Assembly (NCBI GenBank): GCA_016182905.1
Contig: JACPFR010000005.1
Location: 12,185-76,184, forward strand
DNA: 64,000 nt
Source: Elusimicrobiota bacterium
Lineage (GTDB): Bacteria; Elusimicrobiota; Elusimicrobia; UBA1565; UBA9628
Direction: 5' to 3'
The notes beneath the pieces were generated by a model, which saw only the letters and a list, made by a program, of their open reading frames with translations, was not told the origin of the DNA and did no database searches. The translations under genes and the position numbers were made by a program. Positions 1-9,787 of the stretch are shown here, one piece after another (the stretch's first letter is position 1; the number at the start of each line of letters is the position of its first letter).

Positions 1-854
1 GGCTTGCCTCCTTGGCTGGTTTGCGGCAACCGGGGCTTCGACGTATTTGAAAACAACGGGAACTCGATCATGAGGCCCGCGTAGACGCGCAGCCTCGGCC
101 CTCCCGCATTCCCGCTCCTGAGGCTCTTGCCCGCGGCGGCGTGAAGCTGCAGCCAGGGGCGAACGTTGTGCTTGATCCCGACATCTGCGGCCAGGCGAGC
201 CGATTCCCCCGGGGTCGCGCTCTCGCGCCAATAGACCTCCGACAAGAGCTTGGTGCGAGCCGCCACCTTGTATTCCTGAGCGAAGGCGAGAAACAGCGCG
301 TTGCGCCGCTCCTGCCGAACGTCGTTGATGACGGGCTCGCCGACTACCGTGTAGCCGACGTTCCAGAGCCCGGTAAACCATGCCCACGTCTTTTGGGTCC
401 TGAGCCTGACGTCGTAGTCGACCGCGCCGGCCCCTAGCCCTCTCCCCGCATCTCCGTTATCGAGCTTCGCCTCGCCGGAGAGGGCGATGCCGGGCCTGCG
501 GGCCTGCTCGCGAAGCACGAGCAGCTTGGTCCCGACGACGGCGTCTCCAAACCCGGTCCGCGTTTCCCCTTGCGCCGGCGACAACGAGAGGTAGGGGACC
601 TCCAGCGTGAGCTCCTGCCAGGACGAGACCCCAAGAACGAGTTCGATGAACGGTAGTTGCCGTTCGGCAACGCTCGTTCTCAGGTAGCGCGTCCCGAGGA
701 AAATCTCAGCCACGCCCTTGCCCGCCGTAGGGACGTCACCCGCGACGAGGGGAGGCACGGCGTGAGCGTCCCGCGAGGCCGCGGCGAGGAATCCGGCCGC
801 GACAAGGACCCTAGCGCCCGCTCTTGCCGACCTGAGGCTTGATTTCAATGTCAT
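1..854 (-). CDS. Outer-membrane beta-barrel 'transporter' (MetA-pathway/SphA-like), 3' end truncated by window edge
   Basis: Not in the ORF track; translated by hand from ATG 854: MTLKSSLRSARAGARVLVAAGFLAAASRDAHAVPPLV...TGFGDAVVGTKL...GLGAGAVDY...YAGLMIEF. Signal peptide plus GxGD and LGxG motifs shared with 26437..27330; frame open to position 1. Confidence 0.75.
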   Translation of the reverse strand, partial: MTLKSSLRSARAGARVLVAAGFLAAASRDAHAVPPLVAGDVPTAGKGVAEIFLGTRYLRTSVAERQLPFIELVLGVSSWQELTLEVPYLSLSPAQGETRTGFGDAVVGTKLLVLREQARRPGIALSGEAKLDNGDAGRGLGAGAVDYDVRLRTQKTWAWFTGLWNVGYTVVGEPVINDVRQERRNALFLAFAQEYKVAARTKLLSEVYWRESATPGESARLAADVGIKHNVRPWLQLHAAAGKSLRSGNAGGPRLRVYAGLMIEFPLFSNTSKPRLPQTSQGGK

Positions 855-1551
855 CGAGATAGACCACCGAGTCTGCTTTAGACCACAGTCCCACCTTGCC
901 GGAGATCGAGTCCTCCCACTCATGCTCGAGGGTCAGCTTGCCGTTGAGATAACCTTCGATCCTCTTGCCTCGGACGACCAGCTTCAGGTCGTGCCATTGC
1001 AGCGTCGGCGTGGGTGTTTTCTTGATCCATTGGACCGAGCTGCGCTTGCCGCGGATGTACTTGAAGAGCACCAGGTTATCCTCGAGCGCGTTGCCCCGCA
1101 GCACGAGATAGTCCCCGTTGGGCTTCAGGTTGAAGACGATCCCGGCCGCTTGGTCGACGCGACCGCTCATGGGCTTGAACCTCAGGCTGATCTCGCCGTC
1201 GCGGAAGTCGTCGATCTCCTTGGCCACCGCCAGCGGGAAATAGGCGTAGGCTTTGACGTTGTCCAGGAACTCGGCGTAGCGCTCTCCATACAGGGCGCGC
1301 GCCTTGTCCGCCAGGCCCGCGGACGCCTGTCCCTGCTTCCATTTGCCGCCGTCGATGACGAGCACCTTGTTCTTTCCCTCGACTCCGATCCGCCAGACGC
1401 CCACGACCGGGGTGAAAGCGGATGGCTCGGCGCCGACCGTATCCGCCGAGAAGTCGTAGCGGCTGGGAGCGGCGACGCATACGGCGGCGCTCAGCAGCGG
1501 CCACAGCGCGACGGCTATTCGCAGCTTCGATTTGGCATGGTGCATGGTCAT
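811..1551 (-). CDS. Secreted DUF1080 / GH16-like beta-sandwich protein
   Basis: Signal peptide; DQAAGIVF, WHDLKL...IEGYLNGK, GKVGLWSKADSV motifs; ATG 1551 overlaps the upstream stop (ATGA) after AGGAGG. Confidence 0.75.
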   Translation of the reverse strand: MTMHHAKSKLRIAVALWPLLSAAVCVAAPSRYDFSADTVGAEPSAFTPVVGVWRIGVEGKNKVLVIDGGKWKQGQASAGLADKARALYGERYAEFLDNVKAYAYFPLAVAKEIDDFRDGEISLRFKPMSGRVDQAAGIVFNLKPNGDYLVLRGNALEDNLVLFKYIRGKRSSVQWIKKTPTPTLQWHDLKLVVRGKRIEGYLNGKLTLEHEWEDSISGKVGLWSKADSVVYLDDIEIKPQVGKSGR

Positions 1552-2879
1552 CCTCCTAGAATCCATCTCATCGGGGCGCCGCGCCCGTTGAACCAGCACC
1601 CGAGCCCGGCAATAAGCGGCAGAACTCCATAGAACCACCATTCCCACCAGCCGGTATCGGCCACGAGCGGATAACCGGGATAGTCGGTACCAGCCTCGGT
1701 CGATACGGTCTGCCCGGAGAGGTTGAAAAGAATGGGGAGTATCTCTTCCTCGCTGTTGGAGCGGCTTTGCTCCCTTTTCCCATCGTAGTCGTAGGCGATG
1801 ACGCCGTAGTCGTCTTGGCCCTCAGCCTGCCCGGAAAGTCTCCGCGCGTCGGCATACACGACCGCCAGCTTGGGGACCAAGCGGCGCAGCTTGTCTAAGA
1901 TGTTGCGCTCCAAGTCGGCGAGGCGGGAATCCTCCGGAGAAAGGCGAACCGTGATCCGAAGCGGCTTATTCAGACGCCGTAGCGCCAGCTCCACCGCCGG
2001 AGGAAACGAGTTGCGCCGGTCCTCGGTAACGTCCCTCGATACGTTCAGCATCGCCCCCAGCGTCCAGACGCCGGCGATCGCCAATGCCGCGAAGAGCCCC
2101 AAAGCCGCCCTTCGCCTCGGCGCCGCGCCGAGCCACGCGCCGGTCAGGAAGATCAGCCCGAGTCCGAGGGCCGCCAGCGCGAGGGCCGATTCGAGAGAGA
2201 AAAGTCCGCGTTCGAACGGCCTCAAAGCCGCGGTAAGCGAGAGAAACGAGACCCGACTCAGCAAACCGTCTCCTGCCGCGGCGAAATCAAGCACCCACGA
2301 ACCTGTCGTGCAGGCCAGGGCGATGATGGCGGCCGTGGAAACGGAATCCGCCACGGCGGCCGCGAAGAACGCGATTCCCGCGATGGCCAGAGCGTAGAGA
2401 CTGTGCCCGGCAAGGAGGTTGAGGGTCTCCGGCCAATAGATATGACCTCCCAGCGCCCGCCAGCCGACGAGCGCCGATAAGGCGGGCAGAAGCGCGACAA
2501 CCCAGGCCAAGCCGACCGCCAAGGCCTTCAATGCCGCGAGTACGGAAGGCTTCATCGGAAGCTGAAGCAACAGCTTGATCGAGCCGCTCTGCTTCTCGCC
2601 TCCGATCAGCCGGATAGCGATGAAGGGGAATAGCAACGTCGCGACCAAGTAATAGGCACCGAATGTCGGCACAAGGACGCCGTCCAGGGGCGTCATGGCT
2701 CGCGCCATCTCCGGGAACGGAAGGGCGGAGCGGCTCGCCTCGCCATAGAGCCGGACGGCCTGGCTGAAGCTGTAGCCGGTGACTATAGAGAGAAGGACCA
2801 GCATCACCCAGAGGGACCTCGAACGAAGCAGCTCTCGGACCTCTTCTTGGAGCAAGGCGCCGACACGTCCAACGACCAT
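1548..2879 (-). CDS. ABC-2 type permease with C-terminal GldG-like domain
   Basis: Six or more TM segments, EKQSGSIKLLLQLP motif, DVTEDRRNSF GldG-like segment; follows the ABC ATPase. Confidence 0.85.
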   Translation of the reverse strand: MVVGRVGALLQEEVRELLRSRSLWVMLVLLSIVTGYSFSQAVRLYGEASRSALPFPEMARAMTPLDGVLVPTFGAYYLVATLLFPFIAIRLIGGEKQSGSIKLLLQLPMKPSVLAALKALAVGLAWVVALLPALSALVGWRALGGHIYWPETLNLLAGHSLYALAIAGIAFFAAAVADSVSTAAIIALACTTGSWVLDFAAAGDGLLSRVSFLSLTAALRPFERGLFSLESALALAALGLGLIFLTGAWLGAAPRRRAALGLFAALAIAGVWTLGAMLNVSRDVTEDRRNSFPPAVELALRRLNKPLRITVRLSPEDSRLADLERNILDKLRRLVPKLAVVYADARRLSGQAEGQDDYGVIAYDYDGKREQSRSNSEEEILPILFNLSGQTVSTEAGTDYPGYPLVADTGWWEWWFYGVLPLIAGLGCWFNGRGAPMRWILGG

Positions 2880-2883
2880 GCCG

Positions 2884-3594
2884 TCAGGTGAACGCAAGGA
2901 AGACCTCCTCGAGGGTCCCGGCAGGGCTGGGTGCCCGGGTCTTCAGTTCATCGAGCGTACCGCTTCCCAACAGCTTCCCTTCCTTCAAAAGCAGGAACCG
3001 GTCGCAGACTCTCTCCGCGTCCGCAAGCTGGTGGATGGACAGGAGCAAAGTCCGCCCAAGAGCGCGGACCTCCTTAAGCAGGGCCATCACGCTTCGGGTC
3101 TGCCGGAGATCAAGGCCGTCGAAAGGCTCGTCGAGCAGGAGCAGCGGCTGAGGCGTCAGCAGACCGATGGCCAATAGCAGCCTCTTGAGCGTCCCCTTGG
3201 ACAGCGCGCCGACCCGCTTCTCCAGGGCCGAGCGCAGGTCCAATCTCCTGATGAGATCTTCGACGCGACCTAGGTCTGCTCCATACAGTTGGGCGTAAAG
3301 CCGGAGAGTCTCCGATGAACAGAGCTCACGGTGCGGCAGAATCCCATCAGGCAGGTAGAACAGTTCTTCCTTCCTGCGTCCTGAGGGGAAATCGCCGCCT
3401 CGCCAACTCAGCGCGCCGGACTCGTGGTGCATGAGGCCGGCCATGCATTCGAGAAGCGTCGTCTTTCCAGCTCCATTGGGACCGATCAGTCCAAGAATCT
3501 GGCCCGGATAAACTTCGAAGCTCACCTCATCAAGCGCGGAAAAACCGGCGAACCGCTTCGAGAGGCCTTGGACCTTAAGCAGTGCCTCAGCCAC
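2884..3594 (-). CDS. ABC transporter ATP-binding protein
   Basis: Walker A GPNGAGKTT, signature LSKG, Walker B LLLLDEP; GTG start after GAGGAG. Confidence 0.93.
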   Translation of the reverse strand: MAEALLKVQGLSKRFAGFSALDEVSFEVYPGQILGLIGPNGAGKTTLLECMAGLMHHESGALSWRGGDFPSGRRKEELFYLPDGILPHRELCSSETLRLYAQLYGADLGRVEDLIRRLDLRSALEKRVGALSKGTLKRLLLAIGLLTPQPLLLLDEPFDGLDLRQTRSVMALLKEVRALGRTLLLSIHQLADAERVCDRFLLLKEGKLLGSGTLDELKTRAPSPAGTLEEVFLAFT

Positions 3595-4582
3595 GGTTCG
3601 ACTCCTCTTGCGCCAAGCTCGCGTGTACGGCATCGAAGAAGGCGATGCCTGCTTCCAGCCGGTCCGCGTCCTTCTTATACAGGCGGCAGAGTCCCTGCAC
3701 GGCCATCGCCACTCCAGGCGCCTCCGGTCGGCCGAACTTGCCGTCTTTCAGGTCGATGTCGTGTACGATCTCGGCCAGCCCGCGCAGCGCCGGGTCGGTG
3801 AGCTTCAGGCGGTGGATCAGCGCCTCGAACGTACACCAGTCTCCGAAGTGCGTGAACTCGGCGTCCGCCATGTCGAAGCGCAATTCACCACGGCCCGGCG
3901 TGTAAGGCTCCGCCGCGAATTTGAACCGGGCGCTTCGATCGACGTAGCGGCGGATCAGCCAAGCCGAGACGAGGCGGTCGATGTGGGGAGAGGGCCTCGT
4001 GACCCATACGCGGCCTTGGAGTTCGGCCGCCGAGATCAGCGGGGGAGGCTCGGGCGCCGCCTGGCGCCGCATTGAATCCGCCTGCGCGATGAGCTTTTGG
4101 ACCTTGTGAACGGCCGCTTCCGCCTTGCCGCGCTCAGGAGCCGTGAAGAAATCGATCTTACGCAGGCGCTCACACTCGGCTTTCGCCGCCAGCCACTGCT
4201 TGTTCAGGCGCTGAAACGTCTCTTCGGAAGGCCTTCCGCCTTCCAAGCTGTTGCGCACGGTATGCGCCAGAGCGGCCGCGGCGTTCGCCAATTCCGCGAA
4301 GTCCTCATCGCGCGCCTTGCGGAACGCGGCGATAATGTCATTATTTTCCGCCTCGGTGATGGAATCCGCGACGAATACCGAGGCCTCGCCGCCGAGCTGG
4401 AGAATCTCCTTTCTCAGCCACTCGAAGTCTTCCCTTGTCTCCGCCTGATTGGGGAGCGCATAGATCGAGTTCTTGATGGGCACCGCGCCGAGTGCCTTGA
4501 GCTTTCGCCACACCCGCACCCTGACATTGGATGGATGGGCCGGAAGTTGGTGCGTCAACAGCAGCCACCGCGACGTCTTCAT
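3587..4582 (-). CDS. chrB: Chromate resistance regulator ChrB
   Basis: N-terminal WLLL..LP..PS..RVRVWRKL; C-terminal WVTRP.PHIDR..AWLIRR..D, FDM..AEFTH, CTFE, IVHDID motifs. Confidence 0.9.
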   Translation of the reverse strand: MKTSRWLLLTHQLPAHPSNVRVRVWRKLKALGAVPIKNSIYALPNQAETREDFEWLRKEILQLGGEASVFVADSITEAENNDIIAAFRKARDEDFAELANAAAALAHTVRNSLEGGRPSEETFQRLNKQWLAAKAECERLRKIDFFTAPERGKAEAAVHKVQKLIAQADSMRRQAAPEPPPLISAAELQGRVWVTRPSPHIDRLVSAWLIRRYVDRSARFKFAAEPYTPGRGELRFDMADAEFTHFGDWCTFEALIHRLKLTDPALRGLAEIVHDIDLKDGKFGRPEAPGVAMAVQGLCRLYKKDADRLEAGIAFFDAVHASLAQEESNRG

Positions 4583-4599
4583 GGAACAGGATGCTATAT

Positions 4600-4633
4600 A
4601 AAACAGCTGTTACACTTCAACGTTTTGTTACAT
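4600..4633 (-). promoter_or_regulatory. Candidate ChrB autoregulatory site (TGTAACA direct repeat)
   Basis: Minus strand TGTAACA-N11-TGTAACA in an AT-rich stretch just upstream of chrB; it lacks the CGGACT partner of the ECF motif. Confidence 0.4.
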
Positions 4634-4717
4634 GCTCATCGGCAGCTGTGATTTAAGCCGGCACAAACGCTATACCTTACCCAGCCGCGCTCCTCGACTA
4701 AGTCGCGGTGTATGTAG

Positions 4718-4822
4718 CCGATCAAGGGCCGGACGGCGGCCTATGTCTGCGTGGACTACGCCTGCGAGCTGCCGACGAGCGACCTGGAGACCTTCAAGGC
4801 CATCCTGGACGGGAAGAGCTAA
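4718..4822 (+). pseudogene. 3' remnant of a YyaL/DUF255 thioredoxin-domain gene
   Basis: PIKGRTAAYVCVDYACELPTSDLETFKAILDGKS* matches the AYVC..xAC..P C-terminus of YyaL; preceded in frame by TAG (4715-4717). Confidence 0.65.
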
Positions 4823-5388
4823 TATCGATAGCCGCTCCACTCTTCCTCAAGTCCGACGCCCAGTCCGAGCACGAGCCGGTTGACGAAGTTGAAGTAGGCC
4901 GCGATCTGCGCGGCGTCGAGGATCGACCGGTCGTCGAGGCCCGTATCACGCAGAAGCGCGACGTCGGCCTCGCGCACGGACGCGGGATTCCGGGTGAGCT
5001 TCTCGGCGTATTGGCAGAGGCGCGCGGTCCGGGGATCAAGGGCGTTCCAGCGGCCTTCACGGACCGCGGTCATGACCTCCGGACTTTTCTCGTAGCGCGA
5101 CAGTGCCTCGGCGTGGTGCGCGACGCAGTAGGGACAGCCGTTGGTCCTCGATACGGCCACGGCGATCGCCTCTCGCTCGCGGCGCGTCAGCGGGGATTGC
5201 CCGAACAACAGCTCCATATAGAGCGCCATGTGCGCCGTTAAAGTCTCCGGGTGGAGGCCGTGTATCTTATGCACGGCGGCCAATGCGCCGCGCTTGCCCA
5301 CGGTCGCCTCATAGACGGCCTTAAGCTCGCCCTCGGCCTCCTCGGGCTCGATGACGCGGATCCAGGCGCGGCTTTTTTCGCCGCTCAT
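4819..5388 (-). CDS. Peroxidase-related AhpD/CMD-family enzyme
   Basis: REAIAVAVSRTNGCPYCVAHH and AYFNFVNR motifs; ATG 5388 overlaps the upstream stop. Confidence 0.88.
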   Translation of the reverse strand: MSGEKSRAWIRVIEPEEAEGELKAVYEATVGKRGALAAVHKIHGLHPETLTAHMALYMELLFGQSPLTRREREAIAVAVSRTNGCPYCVAHHAEALSRYEKSPEVMTAVREGRWNALDPRTARLCQYAEKLTRNPASVREADVALLRDTGLDDRSILDAAQIAAYFNFVNRLVLGLGVGLEEEWSGYRY

Positions 5389-6596
5389 GACGGGCCGAGC
5401 GGCCGCGCCGGCGGCGCGGCCTTGGCCGTCTCCACCGCGAACGCCACGGCGAGCCTGGCGAATTTCACCGAGTGGGCGGCGCCGGATGCGGCCAAAGTGT
5501 CGCGTTCGGTGTGGATGTTCGGGTTGACCCCGTCGAAGTTCGACTCGAAGACCGCGCTCGCCGGGTAGCCGCTGCGCGTCCATGAGGCGTGGTCGGAACA
5601 GGCGTAGCCGCAGGCCACCTCTCCCCGCCGGGCGCCCGTGTAGGCGTCGGACAGGCGGCCGAGATAGTCGGTCAGCGCCGGCTCGACGTTGTCGGTGACG
5701 AGGAACAGCCTGTCGCCGGAGCCGGCGAAGTTGGTCATGTCGAACTGGATGACGCCGGCGACCGCGCGGCCCTCGGCGCGCCAACGCTTGGCGATGTCTC
5801 CGGACCCGCGCAGGCCGACCTCTTCCGCCGCGTAGCCGATGAACGCGACCGTGCGCCGGGGACGGAAGCCTCCCTCGGCGAGCACGCGCAAGGCCTCGGT
5901 CAGGACGGCGATGCCGGACGCATTGTCGTCGGCGCCGGGCGCGCGCCCCTGGGCCCCCGCGCGGGAGTTGATCGAGTCGAGGTGGCCTCCAAGAACGACG
6001 GTCTCCCCGGACAGGTCCGTGCCGGGGAGAACGGCCATGACCGAGGGCTGCTTCCAGCCCGCGTGTTCGACGAGCTCCACGGCGGCCCCGGGGACGCCCT
6101 TGAGGATCGCGCGCCAGCGCGCGGCCAGGGCGCGCGCCGCGGCGGCGCCGTCCTCGGTCTGATAGAAGCGGTCATGCCGCGTCGAGAGGTCCTCGATCGT
6201 CGCTCTCAGTTCGGACTCTTTCACCGCCGCGGCGAGCGGCCGGACGACGCTCCCCTGATCGACGGTGGGGTTCTCCCCGGCGGGCGCGGCGACGGCCTTA
6301 AGGTCCGTCTCGGCCTCCGCGCGCGTGGCGTGGGCGAAGAATCCTCCGCACTTGTTGAAGCGCTCGTGCATCGCCGACGACAGGACCGGCAGGAGCGCGG
6401 GATCGACGCGGTAGATCGCGAGACGCGCGTCGGACTGGATCGACGCTCCCATCGCTACGCCCGCGGCGGCAAGCCCGGGCAGGTCCGCGCGCGCAAGCGA
6501 GATCCACACCCCCTCGTCCGCCGGTTCCGTCGCCCAGCCCGACGCCGCCACGGCCAGGGCCGCCGTCGCAAGCCGCATCCGCCGCGAGCGGCTCAT
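5385..6596 (-). CDS. Secreted M28 leucyl aminopeptidase
   Basis: Signal peptide; GGHLDS, GADDNASG, AAEEVGLRGS, CGYACSDHASW, IHT motifs. Confidence 0.92.
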   Translation of the reverse strand: MSRSRRMRLATAALAVAASGWATEPADEGVWISLARADLPGLAAAGVAMGASIQSDARLAIYRVDPALLPVLSSAMHERFNKCGGFFAHATRAEAETDLKAVAAPAGENPTVDQGSVVRPLAAAVKESELRATIEDLSTRHDRFYQTEDGAAAARALAARWRAILKGVPGAAVELVEHAGWKQPSVMAVLPGTDLSGETVVLGGHLDSINSRAGAQGRAPGADDNASGIAVLTEALRVLAEGGFRPRRTVAFIGYAAEEVGLRGSGDIAKRWRAEGRAVAGVIQFDMTNFAGSGDRLFLVTDNVEPALTDYLGRLSDAYTGARRGEVACGYACSDHASWTRSGYPASAVFESNFDGVNPNIHTERDTLAASGAAHSVKFARLAVAFAVETAKAAPPARPLGPS

Positions 6597-7549
6597 ATTC
6601 CCCGCCCGCTCAACCCGGCTTCGAGCCTGCGCGCGGCGTCAAGCGCCGCGCTCCCGGCCGCGGAGATCCTCGGCGCGGCCGGAACCGGCGGCTTGTACCA
6701 GCATAAGGGACGAACCCCGACCGTGAAGCCCTCCTCGCGGGTGCAGGCGCCCGGACGCGGGTCGCCGAATGCGAAGCTCTCGGCGGCCGGCTTGACGCAA
6801 AGGGCCGATTGGAAGTGGGTGTCCAGCCTGCATTGAGGCGCGGGATGGGCGGCCGACGTCCGAGCCACGCGCGACGGGTCCGGCGCGTCGAACCGGGCGA
6901 GCGCGGCCTGTCCCGACAAGGCCTGCGCGACCTTCGCCATGACGAGCCCTGCCATCGCCGAGCGCGCGCACAGCGCGCGCTGGGATGCCGAATCGAACAC
7001 CACTGAGCAGCGTTTCGCCGCGAACGCGTCGACGCCCGGCCCGGCGCCCGCGCGGAGATTGTCCTTTTCGAGCCAGACGCGGCGATGGCACTTCATGTTG
7101 GCGAAATAGTCCGCCTGTCCCTCCACCGACAGGCCGCGGGCCGGGAAACCTCCGAGGTGATGGCCCATCTCGTGGCAGGCGACCAAGGAGAATCCGTCGG
7201 GCGTGATCGAGGGATGACGCGCCATCCCTCCGAACATGTTGACGATCCAGCGATCGCCGTCGCGGGAGGCCGAGGCGTTGACGGAGCCGTCGTCCCACTT
7301 GCGCCGGATCTCGAGGACGCCGCCCTGCGCGGCGACGATGGGGGCGTAGACCTCCTCCAGGCGATCGAGGATCGCGTCGAATTGGTCCTTGGTCAGTCCG
7401 CCCGCGTCGGCGGCCGACGGCCCGGTCCGGACCGGGATATTGGCCCCGTTCTCCGGGAAATAGCCGGCGCACGCGGCGAAGCCGCGCTGAACGGCGGTCG
7501 AGGGAGACAGGACGGCGGCCAATACTGCGGCGACGAGAGACTTCCTCAT
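6593..7549 (-). CDS. Secreted Cys-rich HExxH zinc metallopeptidase
   Basis: Signal peptide; VNASA, ACHEMGHHLGG, EGQADYFA, HP.PQCRLDT motifs; GGAG RBS. Confidence 0.8.
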   Translation of the reverse strand: MRKSLVAAVLAAVLSPSTAVQRGFAACAGYFPENGANIPVRTGPSAADAGGLTKDQFDAILDRLEEVYAPIVAAQGGVLEIRRKWDDGSVNASASRDGDRWIVNMFGGMARHPSITPDGFSLVACHEMGHHLGGFPARGLSVEGQADYFANMKCHRRVWLEKDNLRAGAGPGVDAFAAKRCSVVFDSASQRALCARSAMAGLVMAKVAQALSGQAALARFDAPDPSRVARTSAAHPAPQCRLDTHFQSALCVKPAAESFAFGDPRPGACTREEGFTVGVRPLCWYKPPVPAAPRISAAGSAALDAARRLEAGLSGRGI

Positions 7550-8409
7550 TTCACTCCTCCATTTTCGCCCCACCGCGGCGCCAGGGCGTCCGGCGGCGTC
7601 TCGGTCGGGCGCTCATGAGCCCGCGGCTCCAGCCGGACCCAGGTTCGCGGCGGCGAGTAGGGCTGATCGCGGGAAAGGACCCGCGCGTCGGGAAAGCGCG
7701 CGCGAGCGTCGCCCCAGGTCGTCTGGGACCACAGCGACCTTTCCAGCACCGTCATCGGCGCGTCCAGCATGGCGCCCGAAACGGCCCGGCCCGCCGTCGG
7801 AAGCCACAAGCTCTCGGTTTCCCGGTCCCAGAGAACGAAGGCGTCGAGGCCGCTCCAGAGTTCCGGCGAGAAATAGGTGTAGCCGCTCAAGGCGAAGGTG
7901 TGGACGCGCCCGTGGACGCGGCGATCGTAGACCGCGGCCAGATCGGCCAGGGGGCAGAACGCCGCGAAGATTTCCCGGCCGCCGAGCTCGTCGTTGACCA
8001 CTTCGTGACGCTCCAACAGAGACAGCGGATAGATGCGTGTCTCGCCGGCGATGGTCGCCGTCAAAACGCGCTCGCCGGCCTCCAGCCGCTTGCTCGCGCT
8101 CGAGACGGGCTCGAATCGGGGCTCGAGCAGCGCGGGGAAAGCCTCGCGGCCGATGCCGTAATGGAGCTGAGCCGGGCGCAGCCGCGATTCGGTGATGTCG
8201 AAGTTCTGAGCCGCGGCCTTGCCTCCCCACAGCCAACGCCGTCCGCCGGCCTGAAACACCTTGCCGTGATCGACGCTGATCGGCCGCCGGTCCCGTCCGC
8301 GGTTGGCCAAGGCCGCCTCGGGATCGAGGCCCGCGCAGCCGCCCAAAGTCAGCGCCGTCAACGCCAGCGGGAGAGCGGCTGTCAGCGCGACCGTGACCGT
8401 GTTCCTCAT
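7546..8409 (-). CDS. DUF3179 family lipoprotein (copy 1)
   Basis: Lipobox-like LGGC; IYPL..L..HEVVND, FCPL, DRETESLW motifs. Confidence 0.82.
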   Translation of the reverse strand: MRNTVTVALTAALPLALTALTLGGCAGLDPEAALANRGRDRRPISVDHGKVFQAGGRRWLWGGKAAAQNFDITESRLRPAQLHYGIGREAFPALLEPRFEPVSSASKRLEAGERVLTATIAGETRIYPLSLLERHEVVNDELGGREIFAAFCPLADLAAVYDRRVHGRVHTFALSGYTYFSPELWSGLDAFVLWDRETESLWLPTAGRAVSGAMLDAPMTVLERSLWSQTTWGDARARFPDARVLSRDQPYSPPRTWVRLEPRAHERPTETPPDALAPRWGENGGVK

Positions 8410-8531
8410 GCGCGAAAGAATATGTCTTTCCACGCGACGCGTCATGAGGCATTCGCTCTAGAAGCGCGGCAGGCGCGCGGCGAATAAAAATAGGAAGTCT
8501 CGCTTCCTCTCGATCTGCTAAAATTCCCCTC

Positions 8532-9389
8532 ATGAAGGAGTTCTCCGCGATACTCCGGGGCTTGCGCCTCGACGCCGGCCACAAGACGCCCCGGCGCTTC
8601 TTCCTCGCCCAGGGCGGGCGGGCGTTCTTCGGCTGCACCTACCGCAACTACGCGAACGTCGAGTACGGACGCTCCCTGCCGAGCCCAGCGCTCATGGAGA
8701 AGATCGCCGCGGCTTTACGCCTGATCAGCGACGACGCCCGCGCGCGGCCGCTCCTGAGCGCCTACCTGCGCGCTTTATTGGAGGGCACGTCCCTGTTCGA
8801 CCACATCCTCCGGGCGCTCGGCCGGGGTCCTCACTCAGCCGCGGACCGCTGGTCCCCCATGAGAAGGGCGTTGGAAGAAAACGTCCGGTCGCGCGCCTTC
8901 TCCTTGACGCGCGATCAAACCGACGCCGTCGCCGGGAGCATCGAGGGGCACTGGGCCTTCGGCGTCCTCATTCACGACGGCGGCCGGTGGACCGCGAAGC
9001 GCCTGGCGCAGGTCACGGGCCTGCGCGCCGATCGCCTGCGGCGCGTCCTCGAGCGATTGACGAAGCTCGGGCTTTTCGAGCGCGACTCCGAAGGCGGGTA
9101 CCACTGCCGGCATCACGGAAAGGATTTTCACCTCGCCAAGGGCGGGATGAGTCAGGCGCGCCTGGACGCCCTTCGCCGCCATTTCGTCGAGTCCGGAGAG
9201 AAGCACGGCGGGACGAAGGTCTCCCGGTTCCTCTGTCTGCGCGCCTCCGAGCGCGAACTCCAGGCCTACCTTCCGCAGATCTTCGAGGCTTCGTTCAAGG
9301 AACTCGGTCTGCTCTCGACCGACGAGAAAAGCGAGGACACGGCCTTCTTCCACGTGGAGGCCGTATATAGGAAAATCCTCCAGTTCTGA
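8532..9389 (+). CDS. XRE-type HTH transcriptional regulator with a second winged-HTH
   Basis: YANVEYGRSLPS XRE helix; divergent from the secreted peptidase operon. Confidence 0.7.
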   Translation: MKEFSAILRGLRLDAGHKTPRRFFLAQGGRAFFGCTYRNYANVEYGRSLPSPALMEKIAAALRLISDDARARPLLSAYLRALLEGTSLFDHILRALGRGPHSAADRWSPMRRALEENVRSRAFSLTRDQTDAVAGSIEGHWAFGVLIHDGGRWTAKRLAQVTGLRADRLRRVLERLTKLGLFERDSEGGYHCRHHGKDFHLAKGGMSQARLDALRRHFVESGEKHGGTKVSRFLCLRASERELQAYLPQIFEASFKELGLLSTDEKSEDTAFFHVEAVYRKILQF

Positions 9390-9426
9390 AGGCCGGCACT
9401 GACCGCGCAGGCCGCTTGAGCGCCGC

Positions 9427-9642
9427 CTAAAGGGACGCCGGCGACGCCTCCGCCGCGGGGACCTGGAGCGCGCTGAGCAAGCCGGGGCCGAAGCCTCCCT
9501 TGAAGGCCGCCAGCGCCACGGCGAGAAGATGCACGGGCGAGGCGCCCGGCACGGCTTCCGGGGGCAGCCGCGAGATGAAGAGAGCGGCCAGAACCGAGAC
9601 CGCCGCGGCGGCGAGCCATTGCTTCACATCCTCTCCGTTCAT
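9427..9642 (-). CDS. Small membrane protein, possible DUF4118-like sensor fragment
   Basis: Hydrophobic ORF with LLAVALAAFKGGFGPGLLSAL resembling KdpD-type TM segments; may be truncated. Confidence 0.35.
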   Translation of the reverse strand: MNGEDVKQWLAAAAVSVLAALFISRLPPEAVPGASPVHLLAVALAAFKGGFGPGLLSALQVPAAEASPASL

Positions 9643-9787
9643 AGAACGCAAATATTACATGCCGGGCCGACCGATCGGGAATGGACGGAATGTCAGGGCC
9701 TGATGACGTTCCTGCGACCGCCGCTTTTCCGGAAGGTTCACATCTCCTCCATGGCGCTTCATGAGGCGGCTTCGCTAAAACCGGACC

